Translations under genes and position numbers: made by a program
Origin: a virus
Length of the DNA stretch: 64,000 nt
Reading direction: 5' to 3' (one strand)
IMG/VR virus record: IMGVR_UViG_3300037418_000264
Coordinates: 4,297 to 68,296 of that record
Notes under the pieces: model-generated
The model's database searches: none
Told to the model about the DNA's origin: nothing
The model's input: the letters and a program-made list of their open reading frames with translations, nothing else
Shown: in pieces, positions 55,120 to 64,000 of the stretch
Position numbering within the stretch: the first letter of the stretch is position 1
Layout of the letters: every line of letters begins with the position of its first letter

Positions 55120-57248
55120 AGTCCGCCATAACCTCCGGCACCATTACTTCTAGTTCCGGCACCACCACCACCGGTATCACCATTTTCATCGCCTCCGTCC
55201 GAAGACTGCCCTCCGTAACCGCCACCACCGTAACCCATGCCACCTAGGCCAGAGCCACGTCCATTGCCGTTACCTGAGCTTGAGGAGTAACCTCCGCTTC
55301 CCGAAGAACTTCCACCATAACCCGCTCCAGATGATCCACGACCATTTCCATTGCCGGAGTTTGAAGAGTAACCTCCGCCTCCAAAGTTTGAATTACCGGG
55401 ACCTCCGTAGCCAGAACCGGAAGAACCCCTTCCGTTACCGTTACCAGAGTTAGAAGAGTACCCACCAGAACCAGAGTCCGAGTTGTCTCCGCCGAAAGCA
55501 CCACTTGAGTCTCCGATACCACCCGAGTAAACACCACCAGCAAATCCACCCCAACCGGGATCGACTGCCGACTGTCCATAACCATAACCGAAGCCGTTGT
55601 TAGGATTGGAGGGATTGTCAAATGGAGAGGCAAAACCACCCCATGCAGCGGAAGGACCGAAGTCAGGTGAGGCTTGGTAGGCACCTAACGAACCAAGATT
55701 AGCCATAGTGGCAGAGTAGTTTGCCTGAGCGTCAGGACTCCACTTACTTGGGTTGCTATACATAGGATCAGTACCGAATGTAAAAGGTCCTACGATAGCC
55801 GTGTTTTGTAGTCTGCTCAACCATCCGGGCGGAGTGTATCCGGGGAAGGGTTTAGTGTTCGCGTAGTTCGTCAGACTGTAATCAGTCGGAAGATTGAGAC
55901 CAGTATAATAGTCTTTGATCGTCTGCATCAGTGGGTCTTGGAATTTTGCGAAGTTATTCTTCGACGTATTTAGATTTTTACCGGTATCGAGAGAGTCGTA
56001 CATACCGGGAGTGACTGACTGATCGACAGAAGACAGGGCTGCACGGTTTTCCATAGTAGTTTGGACGTCAGCGACCTGTTGTCTTGCAGCCGCAGCTACA
56101 GAAGGATCAGGAGAAGAAAGATCAGACAAAGTCTTAGGTGTGACTTCACCGGCAATTGCTAGACCGATACGATCGAGTTCAGCCGGTGATCTAGTAACCA
56201 TACCACGAGCTGCGTTAGCAGCAGGAGTATTAGCAGCGGAAGCAATAGAGCTTCTTTCGGCAGCACTCTGTGGTGTCCCGGCAGATGAAACAGTCTGTTG
56301 ACCTATATCATTATCCGGAGTGTAGCCACCACCGTAACCTACATCCCCATACATACTTCCGTAGCTGGATTGTGATGGAGTTGAGGGAGCAGAAGGTGAA
56401 GGCTCATTACCAATAGCAGGACCAGAATTACTGAAGTAAGCACCAGCACCTCTACCGTTGTTGTTACCTGACTGTGAAGTATATCCACCGAAAGACGAAG
56501 CGTCCACAGTGTTACCCATGCCAGCTGGTGTTCCAAAACCTTGTCCAGACACAGAAGAACTAGTCTGTGTGGACTGACCGGGGGAGGTAGCGGTACCACC
56601 ATAACCACCCCAGTTAGTCGTGTTGTTCGTCCCACCCCATCCGTATCCCTGATCGGCACCATAGGCACCGTTGTTGTTCATATCGTTAGGGCCTGTACTG
56701 GCCTGACTTGAGTCTGAACTAGAAGGAGAAGGGGTCGTGTCCTGTGTATTTCCGAAAGACGGAGAACTAGGTTGTGAATAACCCGGAGGATTGTTAGATT
56801 GAGCGGGTGTTGAAGGTGTCTGCGTAGGAGTAGAAGGAGCCGAGGGCGGAGCAGGGGCTCTTGTTATTGGACCCGAAGACAACTGTGGGGCTGAAGGAAA
56901 TGCTCCCGGATGTGCCCTTGAAGGAGCAGATGGAGAGACATTTCTAGTTCCTGCGTTGTTAAATCCCGGACTTTGATTGGCGTCTCTTCCGAGAGAACCA
57001 GCAAACTCAGAACCGTTATGATCGTTACTCGCTACCTTTACATCTTTAGATACAGGCTTTTCTGCGTCAGGTGTAGAGACTGAGGCGACCTGTTCAGGAA
57101 CGTCTTGGACGTCTACGACTTTATAACCAGAAGGATCGTTGACAGGTTGATACGAATAAGCATCAACCAACATGATCCTTGTGTTGCCGGCTGAGTCCCG
57201 GACTAGGCGTCTAATAGCGAGAGGCTGTGGTCCGGAACTTGCCGTCAT
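55116..57248 (-). CDS. low-complexity protein with an embedded SleB-like (Hydrolase_2) cell-wall hydrolase domain, putative
   Basis: LAIAGE...V...M.NR...P..Y.S...T.Y.N...P.W...VG..TFG pattern flanked by Ser/Gly/Pro-rich tracts. Confidence 0.6.
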   Translation of the reverse strand: MTASSGPQPLAIRRLVRDSAGNTRIMLVDAYSYQPVNDPSGYKVVDVQDVPEQVASVSTPDAEKPVSKDVKVASNDHNGSEFAGSLGRDANQSPGFNNAGTRNVSPSAPSRAHPGAFPSAPQLSSGPITRAPAPPSAPSTPTQTPSTPAQSNNPPGYSQPSSPSFGNTQDTTPSPSSSDSSQASTGPNDMNNNGAYGADQGYGWGGTNNTTNWGGYGGTATSPGQSTQTSSSVSGQGFGTPAGMGNTVDASSFGGYTSQSGNNNGRGAGAYFSNSGPAIGNEPSPSAPSTPSQSSYGSMYGDVGYGGGYTPDNDIGQQTVSSAGTPQSAAERSSIASAANTPAANAARGMVTRSPAELDRIGLAIAGEVTPKTLSDLSSPDPSVAAAARQQVADVQTTMENRAALSSVDQSVTPGMYDSLDTGKNLNTSKNNFAKFQDPLMQTIKDYYTGLNLPTDYSLTNYANTKPFPGYTPPGWLSRLQNTAIVGPFTFGTDPMYSNPSKWSPDAQANYSATMANLGSLGAYQASPDFGPSAAWGGFASPFDNPSNPNNGFGYGYGQSAVDPGWGGFAGGVYSGGIGDSSGAFGGDNSDSGSGGYSSNSGNGNGRGSSGSGYGGPGNSNFGGGGYSSNSGNGNGRGSSGAGYGGSSSGSGGYSSSSGNGNGRGSGLGGMGYGGGGYGGQSSDGGDENGDTGGGGAGTRSNGAGGYGGL

Positions 57249-57250
57249 AA

Positions 57251-57481
57251 TTAATAGCGTCCTTCAGTGATTGCTTGGGCATCCTTACGAATGTTTTTAA
57301 TTTTCTTAAGGGCTGCGATAGAACCTTGAATGTACTTTACTTTTTGGATGTCTTCAGCAAAGTCGAGTGACTTACGTAGCTCGTCGATTTCTAAATCGAT
57401 AAACTCATGGAAGTCATTTAAAACAGGTTGCGTAAATCCTTGTAGGAGATTATGCGCCAGTGCTTTATTGATGATTATCAT
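57251..57481 (-). CDS. small conserved-type protein downstream of the portal
   Basis: Helical; ...YIQGSIAALKKI motif. Confidence 0.65.
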   Translation of the reverse strand: MIIINKALAHNLLQGFTQPVLNDFHEFIDLEIDELRKSLDFAEDIQKVKYIQGSIAALKKIKNIRKDAQAITEGRY

Positions 57482-59628
57482 TGCTTAATCGAACCACCGT
57501 TTGCAGCAGCAGCGTTGGCACTGCCACCCCCTGAGCCTGTATTCCCTGCCGTCTGAGGGGCAGGAGCGTTACCGGGAGCAATATTGCCGCCACCAGTACC
57601 AGTCGGATCAGAAGGAGAAGGAGCACCCGCTGCATTTGAACCACCCTGACCGCCTTGACCCTGTGGTTGAATACCCTGTGCTTGGTTCATCTGTCCCATG
57701 ATAAAGGCTTGTACACCGGCCTCACGAGGATCATTGACCATCTTGTCTGGGTCGAGGTCCAGCGTCTTGGCGAGTTCCCGTAGGAGATAGTCGCGCTTGA
57801 TGAACGGAGCATCCATTGGATTGCTTGCGATCTGCATGAACTGTAGTAGTTTCTGTCCACGGACTTCGTTACGAAGAAGGGCTTCAGTACCTCTTGCTAC
57901 TACTTCGACATCACCGATGAACTTCTTATCGAAGTTGAACTGCATATTGAAAGCAAAGAGAGCCTTGCCTAGTGGGACTAGTAGATAGTCATCAACGTTA
58001 CGAAGAACGCCTTTGATATTCTCATCGGCAGCACCCATAAGCATGGACATACCTGAAGCCGTACGACCTGTACTCTGGATGCCAGAGATACCATGGGCAT
58101 ACGAAGGCATACCTGTGGCTTCATCGGCCAACTGACGTGCCTTGTCAAATAGAAGCATACACTCCTGCGTGACGTTAGGAAACTTAGTAGCAAAGAGTGT
58201 TTGACCCGGTTGACCACCTTGACGCCGGAAAATTTTACCGGGGTAGAGTTTCATATCCTGACCGGGTGAAAGCAAAGTCTCATCCAATTCGAAGATGATA
58301 TTAGAAGAAAGAGCAGCATTATCGATAGCGAGTCGCATAAACCCGTTCATGATAAGCTGAGTGTCTTCCATGTTCTCCGCAATGCCGACACCGAAGAATG
58401 AATAAGGGTTCAGTTCGAACGGACAGGCATAGTAGGGGATACGAGCAGGAGTAAACTGGTTAAGGACCAACCGTAGGATTTGGTTATTGGCAATCCAGAT
58501 GTTCACTTGGACTTCATTACGGTCCTTGAAAGCCTCAGGAATTTCAATACCATGATCTTCAGCAATCTGTTTGTCAAGTAAACCCCAATACTCTAGGACT
58601 TCATAACGATCTACCTGATCGACGATGAGGTTATCCTTTAGATCATTTTCCCAATACTTAAACATATAGTGGGTGCCATCGGCAATAGCTGCCTCGATGC
58701 TTTCTTTTCTAAAGCCGGGGCGTGAGTTAAGCTTTCGGAGTTCAGAACGAGACATCTTATGACGCTGGATGACAAACTCACACTCTTCCATGTTCCTTGC
58801 GTCAGGATCGGGATACATATCCCAGATAGAGACGTGGGAGACGTCAGGAATGAGCCTCTCGATGGGAGCGTAAGTACCGTCTTCAGTCCAGTGAGCATAC
58901 TCTTTGTTAAGAATGAATGGACCTTTGAAGACACCAGTACCGAAGAGGGAGCAGTCGAAGACAAAACGACGTATGGCCTTGTCTGCATTGCTCTCTTCAA
59001 GCTGATCTTGGATAGCCTTCGTCATTAACTCGGCTGCAATACGTGCGGGTTCCCAAGTATAAGACGTAGGAGTAAGTCCCGGACCGTCTTCAAGCTTGTC
59101 AGAGACGGGCTTTAAGTCTTTCTTTAGTGGTCCAACCTCATCAAATATGTCCTGACGGGTAAATGTACCGGGTAGACCCTCGTCTTCATCCTGATCGTCT
59201 GGCATTTCGGGTGCCTTAGGATCAAAATGGACTGCATCCTTAATTCCCTGTGGATTATTAGTGGGTTCAACACCAATCGGGAACTGATTGTTAGCAAAAA
59301 GGACCTGAACAATCTTATTATAAGCCGCAAGGACCTTAGTCTTGGTGATCTTCATGAACGCCTGAGACTTTTCGTCATCAGTGAACTGAACATCAGGTCC
59401 GTAGAGACCTCTGTAGTTGTGGTAAGCCAGCAACCACCGTTGTTCATCCCACCGACGTTGGTCTTCCGACCTTTTCATCTTGCCCTTGACGTACTGGACG
59501 AGAGAATTTAGCGTCTGGTTCTCATTCTTAGCGGCTTCAGCGTCCTTTGGTTCCTCTAGAGTGAGGACGTTGGGGTTACTTGGAACCGGCATTTCGAGAG
59601 AAGAGTTATTTCCGTCTGCAATTGGCAT
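57478..59628 (-). CDS. portal protein
   Basis: Follows TerL; NYRGLY, KITKTKVLAAY, FGTGVFKGP, YPDPDA, PYSFFGVG and RTASGMSMLM motifs. Confidence 0.9.
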   Translation of the reverse strand: MPIADGNNSSLEMPVPSNPNVLTLEEPKDAEAAKNENQTLNSLVQYVKGKMKRSEDQRRWDEQRWLLAYHNYRGLYGPDVQFTDDEKSQAFMKITKTKVLAAYNKIVQVLFANNQFPIGVEPTNNPQGIKDAVHFDPKAPEMPDDQDEDEGLPGTFTRQDIFDEVGPLKKDLKPVSDKLEDGPGLTPTSYTWEPARIAAELMTKAIQDQLEESNADKAIRRFVFDCSLFGTGVFKGPFILNKEYAHWTEDGTYAPIERLIPDVSHVSIWDMYPDPDARNMEECEFVIQRHKMSRSELRKLNSRPGFRKESIEAAIADGTHYMFKYWENDLKDNLIVDQVDRYEVLEYWGLLDKQIAEDHGIEIPEAFKDRNEVQVNIWIANNQILRLVLNQFTPARIPYYACPFELNPYSFFGVGIAENMEDTQLIMNGFMRLAIDNAALSSNIIFELDETLLSPGQDMKLYPGKIFRRQGGQPGQTLFATKFPNVTQECMLLFDKARQLADEATGMPSYAHGISGIQSTGRTASGMSMLMGAADENIKGVLRNVDDYLLVPLGKALFAFNMQFNFDKKFIGDVEVVARGTEALLRNEVRGQKLLQFMQIASNPMDAPFIKRDYLLRELAKTLDLDPDKMVNDPREAGVQAFIMGQMNQAQGIQPQGQGGQGGSNAAGAPSPSDPTGTGGGNIAPGNAPAPQTAGNTGSGGGSANAAAANGGSIKQ

Positions 59629-59641
59629 TCAAAGGAACCTT

Positions 59642-61579
59642 TTAATATCCAAATCTGAGTGAAGCCGGTCGATAAGGCTGTACTATTTGAGGTTTAGAGA
59701 ACCAATCTGACGCATTCTGCGGTCTAGTTTGAATTCCATAACGGATAGAGTCATAAGCATGGTCGTCTGGGTACTTCTGATCGATATCGTCTGAGTCTTT
59801 GTCACTCGGAATGATCGGTAGAGTAGCTATAATATGACGACAAGTGTTGAAAAAGATGATACCGGGTTTGCCGTTTACCTTGTCAACACGTAGAAGTTCA
59901 TGTAACCTATTCTTAGAGTTCACACGAGAGCCCGGAGTTCTGTCAGACATCCTCCAACGGCATCCGTTTTGGATCATTTCCTCGGCAATCGATGGTCCAT
60001 TCTGGCCTCTATTGGCCCAAACAGACGAGTCAAGGACGCCGTAGGCGATCTTTTCACCCTTCTCAAGCTCTAGGACACGACGAGCAAGCTCGATACCAGT
60101 ATGCTTGTTGATGTATAACTCACGGTAGACATAGAGAATACCGGTATGAGGTTCTACGGCATACCAATGGACAGCCGTTGCCTGACGTTCTGAGTAGCCG
60201 TAGTCACAAGACCGGAAGCGTAACCAGTGATCGGGTATCTCGAAAGGCTCACACGTATGGATAGACGTCCGGAATTCTGAAAATGCCGCACCGTCAGCCA
60301 CACTCCAATCTCCTTCTAGGAGACGTCTCCGCTGGTTCTCTTGTAGAGACATCAGGGAGGCTTCGTAGCGACCATCATTATAGAGGTATGGGTTATCGGA
60401 CAACCGTGCTTGGATGAACTTTCGAAAGAAAAGAGGTTGTCCTTCCTTACCATGTCCTTTAGGATAGCGTAGTTCTTCACCAGTATCGATATCAGTGGCA
60501 CAGAAAGATGTACCCGGGATGGCAGGATCGACAAACATTCTCTTGACCCAACCGTGTCCCGGACCACCGGGGTTAGTTGTAGCTCTCATATAGAGAGGCA
60601 AAGTAGGATCAGTAGTTCTTAGGCGAGAACGAAGATAGTCCCAAGCGAATTGCGTCGGGTGCTGAGTCAATTCGTCAAAGCCGATGTATGTGAATGCCTG
60701 TCCCTGATATCGCATGACGTCCTCGTCACGCTCAAGGTAGGTGAACCAAAGATGAGAACCCGACGGGAATGTCCAAGAGGACTTCTGTTGATGGAAGACA
60801 GCCTTAGGCCATATCTGTCGATAGAGCTCTTGGGACTTCCAGATTAGTTCACGTAGTTCGTCGTTAGTCCGACGAAGGATCAAACCATTAAAATTAGGGT
60901 TGTCGAAGAACCTCATAGGATCGGCAATGAGGGCGTAAGACTTGCCGCCACCGGCCGAGCCACCATATAGGACTTCCATTTCCGAGGCCGCAAAGAATTG
61001 TGTCTGCGGACCGGGGTTAGGAACGAACACAGGTTCTAATTCTTCCTTGATCTCTTCGAGACCCTCTAGTGTGTAGTCGAGAGTGACTAGGGGCTTCTTG
61101 AGTTCTTCTTGGGTTGCTTTCTGCTCCGCAATAAACCCGGAGAGTTCTGCTTCTTGCCTCTCGATGCGTTTCTGAGTCATCGTCAGTCGCTTTCGGTCTT
61201 GGGCAAGCTTATTCTTTTTGATGTAGGCCGACCGTTCTTCTCTTGTCCTGCGACGGCCCTTACTGTTGGCCGGAAGTTTGAATTTAACAGGATGATCGGG
61301 GCGTGCCTTGTCATAGACATCACGGATGCCAGTATGACTGATGACTGGAAAGCCCTTCTCTGTAGCGGTCGCATTGAACCACTCAGAGACGAGACGGAGA
61401 GAGATACCTGAGTCGAGCTGATCAAAGGCTTCGTCGAAAATCTTGGTCAGAGTTTCTATAGGATAGAAGTACTGCTCAGGACTTTCAGGAACAAGACCTT
61501 CATGCTTCGAAGGATCGTATTTCTCAAAGCCGTGGGGCAGACGTTTGGTCTTAAGCCGGGGCTTCCAGTAATCGTTCAT
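59642..61579 (-). CDS. terL: terminase large subunit with N-terminal extension
   Basis: PNPGPQ, YGGSAGGGKS (Walker A), FDEL (Walker B), TTNPGG, LLEGDW, DYG and DHAYDSIRY motifs. Confidence 0.93.
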   Translation of the reverse strand: MNDYWKPRLKTKRLPHGFEKYDPSKHEGLVPESPEQYFYPIETLTKIFDEAFDQLDSGISLRLVSEWFNATATEKGFPVISHTGIRDVYDKARPDHPVKFKLPANSKGRRRTREERSAYIKKNKLAQDRKRLTMTQKRIERQEAELSGFIAEQKATQEELKKPLVTLDYTLEGLEEIKEELEPVFVPNPGPQTQFFAASEMEVLYGGSAGGGKSYALIADPMRFFDNPNFNGLILRRTNDELRELIWKSQELYRQIWPKAVFHQQKSSWTFPSGSHLWFTYLERDEDVMRYQGQAFTYIGFDELTQHPTQFAWDYLRSRLRTTDPTLPLYMRATTNPGGPGHGWVKRMFVDPAIPGTSFCATDIDTGEELRYPKGHGKEGQPLFFRKFIQARLSDNPYLYNDGRYEASLMSLQENQRRRLLEGDWSVADGAAFSEFRTSIHTCEPFEIPDHWLRFRSCDYGYSERQATAVHWYAVEPHTGILYVYRELYINKHTGIELARRVLELEKGEKIAYGVLDSSVWANRGQNGPSIAEEMIQNGCRWRMSDRTPGSRVNSKNRLHELLRVDKVNGKPGIIFFNTCRHIIATLPIIPSDKDSDDIDQKYPDDHAYDSIRYGIQTRPQNASDWFSKPQIVQPYRPASLRFGY

Positions 61580-61595
61580 TATTTTGTTATTTACC

Positions 61596-61832
61596 TTACG
61601 ACCCCATTGCGACGTCTTTAGGGGTTTTCTTATTCATTGATGGGAAGGAAGGTGAATTCTTAGGCTTGCTGTCGTTGTAATCCGTATCGTCGTCTGTATC
61701 TAGGAATAGATAGTTACGCTTGATATTCGGACCCGGACAATTGTTGTCGCCCTTGCCTTCCGGTGCATTGATGATACCGCCAAGCTTGCCCAACGTGGGT
61801 TCGACAAACTTCGCTGAAGCAATCTTGACCAT
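61596..61832 (-). CDS. hypothetical protein
   Basis: Packed ORF upstream of terL. Confidence 0.55.
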   Translation of the reverse strand: MVKIASAKFVEPTLGKLGGIINAPEGKGDNNCPGPNIKRNYLFLDTDDDTDYNDSKPKNSPSFPSMNKKTPKDVAMGS

Positions 61833-61838
61833 ATTGAA

Positions 61839-61955
61839 TTACTTACCCTTGTTGACGGGGATATTAGCCATACCCTTCTTAGGAGCAAGCTTCGTGCCCT
61901 TGGCACCGACTTTGGCCGAGGCAGTAGCCTTGCCACCAGACATCTTCTTAACCAT
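61839..61955 (-). CDS. very small Lys-rich protein
   Basis: MVKKMSGGKATASAKVGAKGTKLAPKKG...; AAGGA SD. Confidence 0.5.
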   Translation of the reverse strand: MVKKMSGGKATASAKVGAKGTKLAPKKGMANIPVNKGK

Positions 61956-62364
61956 TTTCTGTTTCCTTAGTGTCATTAATATTTGAAGGAACTTCCTTTG
62001 CAGGCATAATGAAGAGGCCGCCTGCCGGCACTTTGAGGTCCACACCATCAGTCTTGGGAGCGGACACACCAACTCGGTTCAGGATTTCAGTAGCAGTCTT
62101 CATTACTGTTACCGCACCACTCTTAGTAGGATTGGCCATGACGTCGGTTAACTCATGAGCAGCCTTAGGAGCGTTCAAAGCCAAATGGTTTAGTGAGGCA
62201 TCGATGATCTCTTGACGGAGGGATTTGATTAGATCAGACGCCCTTGTATTCTCTGAATAACCAGCAAGGACTAGGGCCTTCTTGTAGTCGCCCTTGGCTT
62301 CGCCTAGTAGATAATCGATGAAGTCCTTCTGTTGCTGGGTCAATTCTCTTGTCTTCTCTACCAC
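61948..62364 (-). CDS. terminase small subunit, putative
   Basis: LTQQQKDF...A...AGYS HTH-type N-terminus and IL.RVG motif; lies upstream of terL. Confidence 0.75.
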   Translation of the reverse strand: MVEKTRELTQQQKDFIDYLLGEAKGDYKKALVLAGYSENTRASDLIKSLRQEIIDASLNHLALNAPKAAHELTDVMANPTKSGAVTVMKTATEILNRVGVSAPKTDGVDLKVPAGGLFIMPAKEVPSNINDTKETENG

Positions 62365-62365
62365 A

Positions 62366-62572
62366 TCAGCCTCCTAGGTAACCATTCTTAAATGAACGAT
62401 TGAAGGAGAGGTCGAATTTACCGGGTGTGACCTGAGAGGTATACCCACGCTTGTTTTTCATACTGGAAAGGCCCTTATCGGCTTGAGGAGCAAGAGCCTT
62501 CGAGACAGAGGGTAGTTGCATCGCTGAGGGTGTCTTGGTCTTTAACCCTCTAGGGCGGATTGGATTGGCCAT
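62366..62572 (-). CDS. small basic hypothetical protein
   Basis: GGAG SD; packed ORF. Confidence 0.55.
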   Translation of the reverse strand: MANPIRPRGLKTKTPSAMQLPSVSKALAPQADKGLSSMKNKRGYTSQVTPGKFDLSFNRSFKNGYLGG

Positions 62573-62674
62573 TAGATAACTCCGTCATCGGCAAGGGTAC
62601 TTCGTACCATAAGGTTTAAACTTTCTAAGGGTTTTGTGAGACCACTGATAAATTGGAAATTGAATTGTTTACAG

Positions 62675-62914
62675 TCAGGAAAGGACTTCTAATTCCATAT
62701 GGGTGTCCATAGTCGCTGTAGCAGCATGCCATGCGACATTCCAAGCAAGCGTCTTCCACTGATTACTGTCTAAAGGAGTGGTCTCAGGATGTATAATTAC
62801 ACCTTGTTTTCGATTGACTTGGGTATAAGTCTTGTGGAATACCTGTTGACCTATGGGACCCCACATCTGCCATACATCTTCTGGTATATGGTGGAAATTC
62901 CTCAAGTAAATCAA
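62675..62914 (-). CDS. hypothetical protein
   Basis: First ORF of the structural arm; GAGG SD. Confidence 0.5.
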   Translation of the reverse strand: MIYLRNFHHIPEDVWQMWGPIGQQVFHKTYTQVNRKQGVIIHPETTPLDSNQWKTLAWNVAWHAATATMDTHMELEVLS

Positions 62915-63519
62915 CCTCTTAACTTCGTTTAACCTTTAAGACTTTACAGTTCGTTTTTTCTGAAATTATGTATTTGACGTATACGATACCCCCTACCCCC
63001 ACCATGTCACTCGCCCCACCCTCGGATAAAGTATAGCTGAAGAATAGTTGTCTAGCTGCACAGTCTAGTTGCAAGATGTACTTCACGAATACTTAAACGA
63101 CAATGGGCCTTAAGTACTTGATACTTCAAGAGGAGTATATTTTAGGGGACGATATTTCGGAGGGTAGTAACGCCAACGTTTTAGACTGTCTATCTTTGTA
63201 TAGTTTTGTAGCATCGAAGATGCGTGAGGCAACGTAGTTGCTAGACACATACCAAAGGACAGACCTATTCATTGATTACTCTTAGGCCCTAGTCTTTAAG
63301 GACATTTACCTAAGTCTTACTGTCAATGTTGGTTGGTCTAGCTGAATTAACTAGTTGATTGTTATTAGGTCTAATATCTAGGTCTTATCTCAACTACTCT
63401 TACACGCAGTGTATTCTATACATAGGCAGAATAGAGACTATTGATTGTCTATTCTATTGTGTCAGCTTCACTAACTCTAGCTTGCTTACTCTAGTTGTTA
63501 TTGTCTTATCTACATATAT

Positions 63520-63548
63520 ATTATAACATTATTTGAAAATGTTGTCAA
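63520..63548 (-). promoter_or_regulatory. perfect sigma70 promoter facing the structural arm
   Basis: On the minus strand: TTGACA (63548-63543), 17 bp, TATAAT (63525-63520). Confidence 0.78.
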
Positions 63549-63563
63549 GAACAAAATGAGAAC
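63549..63563. promoter_or_regulatory. alphaproteobacterial LexA (SOS) box
   Basis: GAAC-AAAATGA-GAAC (GAAC-N7-GAAC) directly abutting the -35 element. Confidence 0.7.
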
Positions 63564-63736
63564 AAACACCTAAAAATCACTAAATAATTTAAATTCTTGA
63601 AATAGACCATTCATTCTAACCTAGGATGTGGCTAGAACGAACGTTCCAAGTCGTCTGCGGTCAGCGTTATATCCAAAACACCATAACGTGATTAAGGCCA
63701 AATACGACATGTCAAATCACGAATTATTTCCGAGTG

Positions 63737-63762
63737 TAACACAAATAGAACAAACAGGGATC
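63737..63762. promoter_or_regulatory. degenerate tandem LexA-like boxes
   Basis: TAAC-ACAAATA-GAAC-AAACAGG-GATC. Confidence 0.4.
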
Positions 63763-63919
63763 AAAACGTGAAAAGATTGTATGTGTACAAACGACTTTGT
63801 TCAAAGCTGGACAAATTCTACGGTACCTAGCAGGCTCATACAGAGGCACGGACGTTTGGAGGTAATCGGACACCAACTATCAAGAGAACACGCTTCCTAG
63901 GGCTTCTACGGCCTTTTTG

Positions 63920-63934
63920 GAACAAATCATGAAC
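63920..63934. promoter_or_regulatory. alphaproteobacterial LexA (SOS) box
   Basis: GAAC-AAATCAT-GAAC. Confidence 0.6.
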
Positions 63935-64000
63935 CCACGAAAATTCGTATGTATACAAACGATATCGCCTTGTCCCAAGCTGACTAGGGCTTGCCTGCCT

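Noticed and set aside
32641-62158. Many + strand ORFs over the structural arm, and - strand ORFs over the early arm
   Set aside because: They are antisense shadows of long genes, with no recognisable motifs.
1-64000. Integrase, repressor, phage RNA polymerase, purZ/dpdA, reverse transcriptase
   Set aside because: No matching motifs were recognised in this window; they could lie outside it or be too divergent to see by eye.

Overview
This window is most of a tailed dsDNA phage genome, a podovirus with Zobellviridae/cobavirus-like layout. Two gene arms converge on a bidirectional terminator at about 32.56 kb. The + arm (1-32.5 kb) carries early accessory genes and a phiEco32-type cluster of COOH-NH2 ligase, ATP-grasp, amidoligase, Ntn glutamine amidotransferase and gamma-glutamylcyclotransferase. 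It also carries a T7-like primase-helicase, a family A DNA polymerase, SSB, a Cas4-like exonuclease, endonuclease VII, ThyX, glutaredoxin and a class II (B12-dependent) RNR. The - arm (32.6-62.9 kb) carries terminase, portal, scaffold, capsid, tail and fibre proteins, lysis genes and internal virion proteins. The host is probably an alphaproteobacterium, inferred from GAAC-N7-GAAC LexA-type boxes. The most striking unexplained signal is a set of 12 small, otherwise divergent proteins, most with SH3/KOW-like N-termini. All 12 end in the same basic amphipathic tag, roughly K-K-[ST]-G-F-[AG]-K-[FW]-I-x-[RK]-I-E. They lie in four tandem blocks within and just after the peptide-ligase cluster. Other notable signals are LexA-type boxes abutting a perfect sigma70 promoter facing the structural arm, an antisense perfect promoter firing into a palindromic AT-rich island, two hairpin-plus-tRNA-like RNAs in tandem, and a DNA polymerase with co-substituted steric-gate and O-helix residues. 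All family assignments come from motif recognition by eye; no database search was run.
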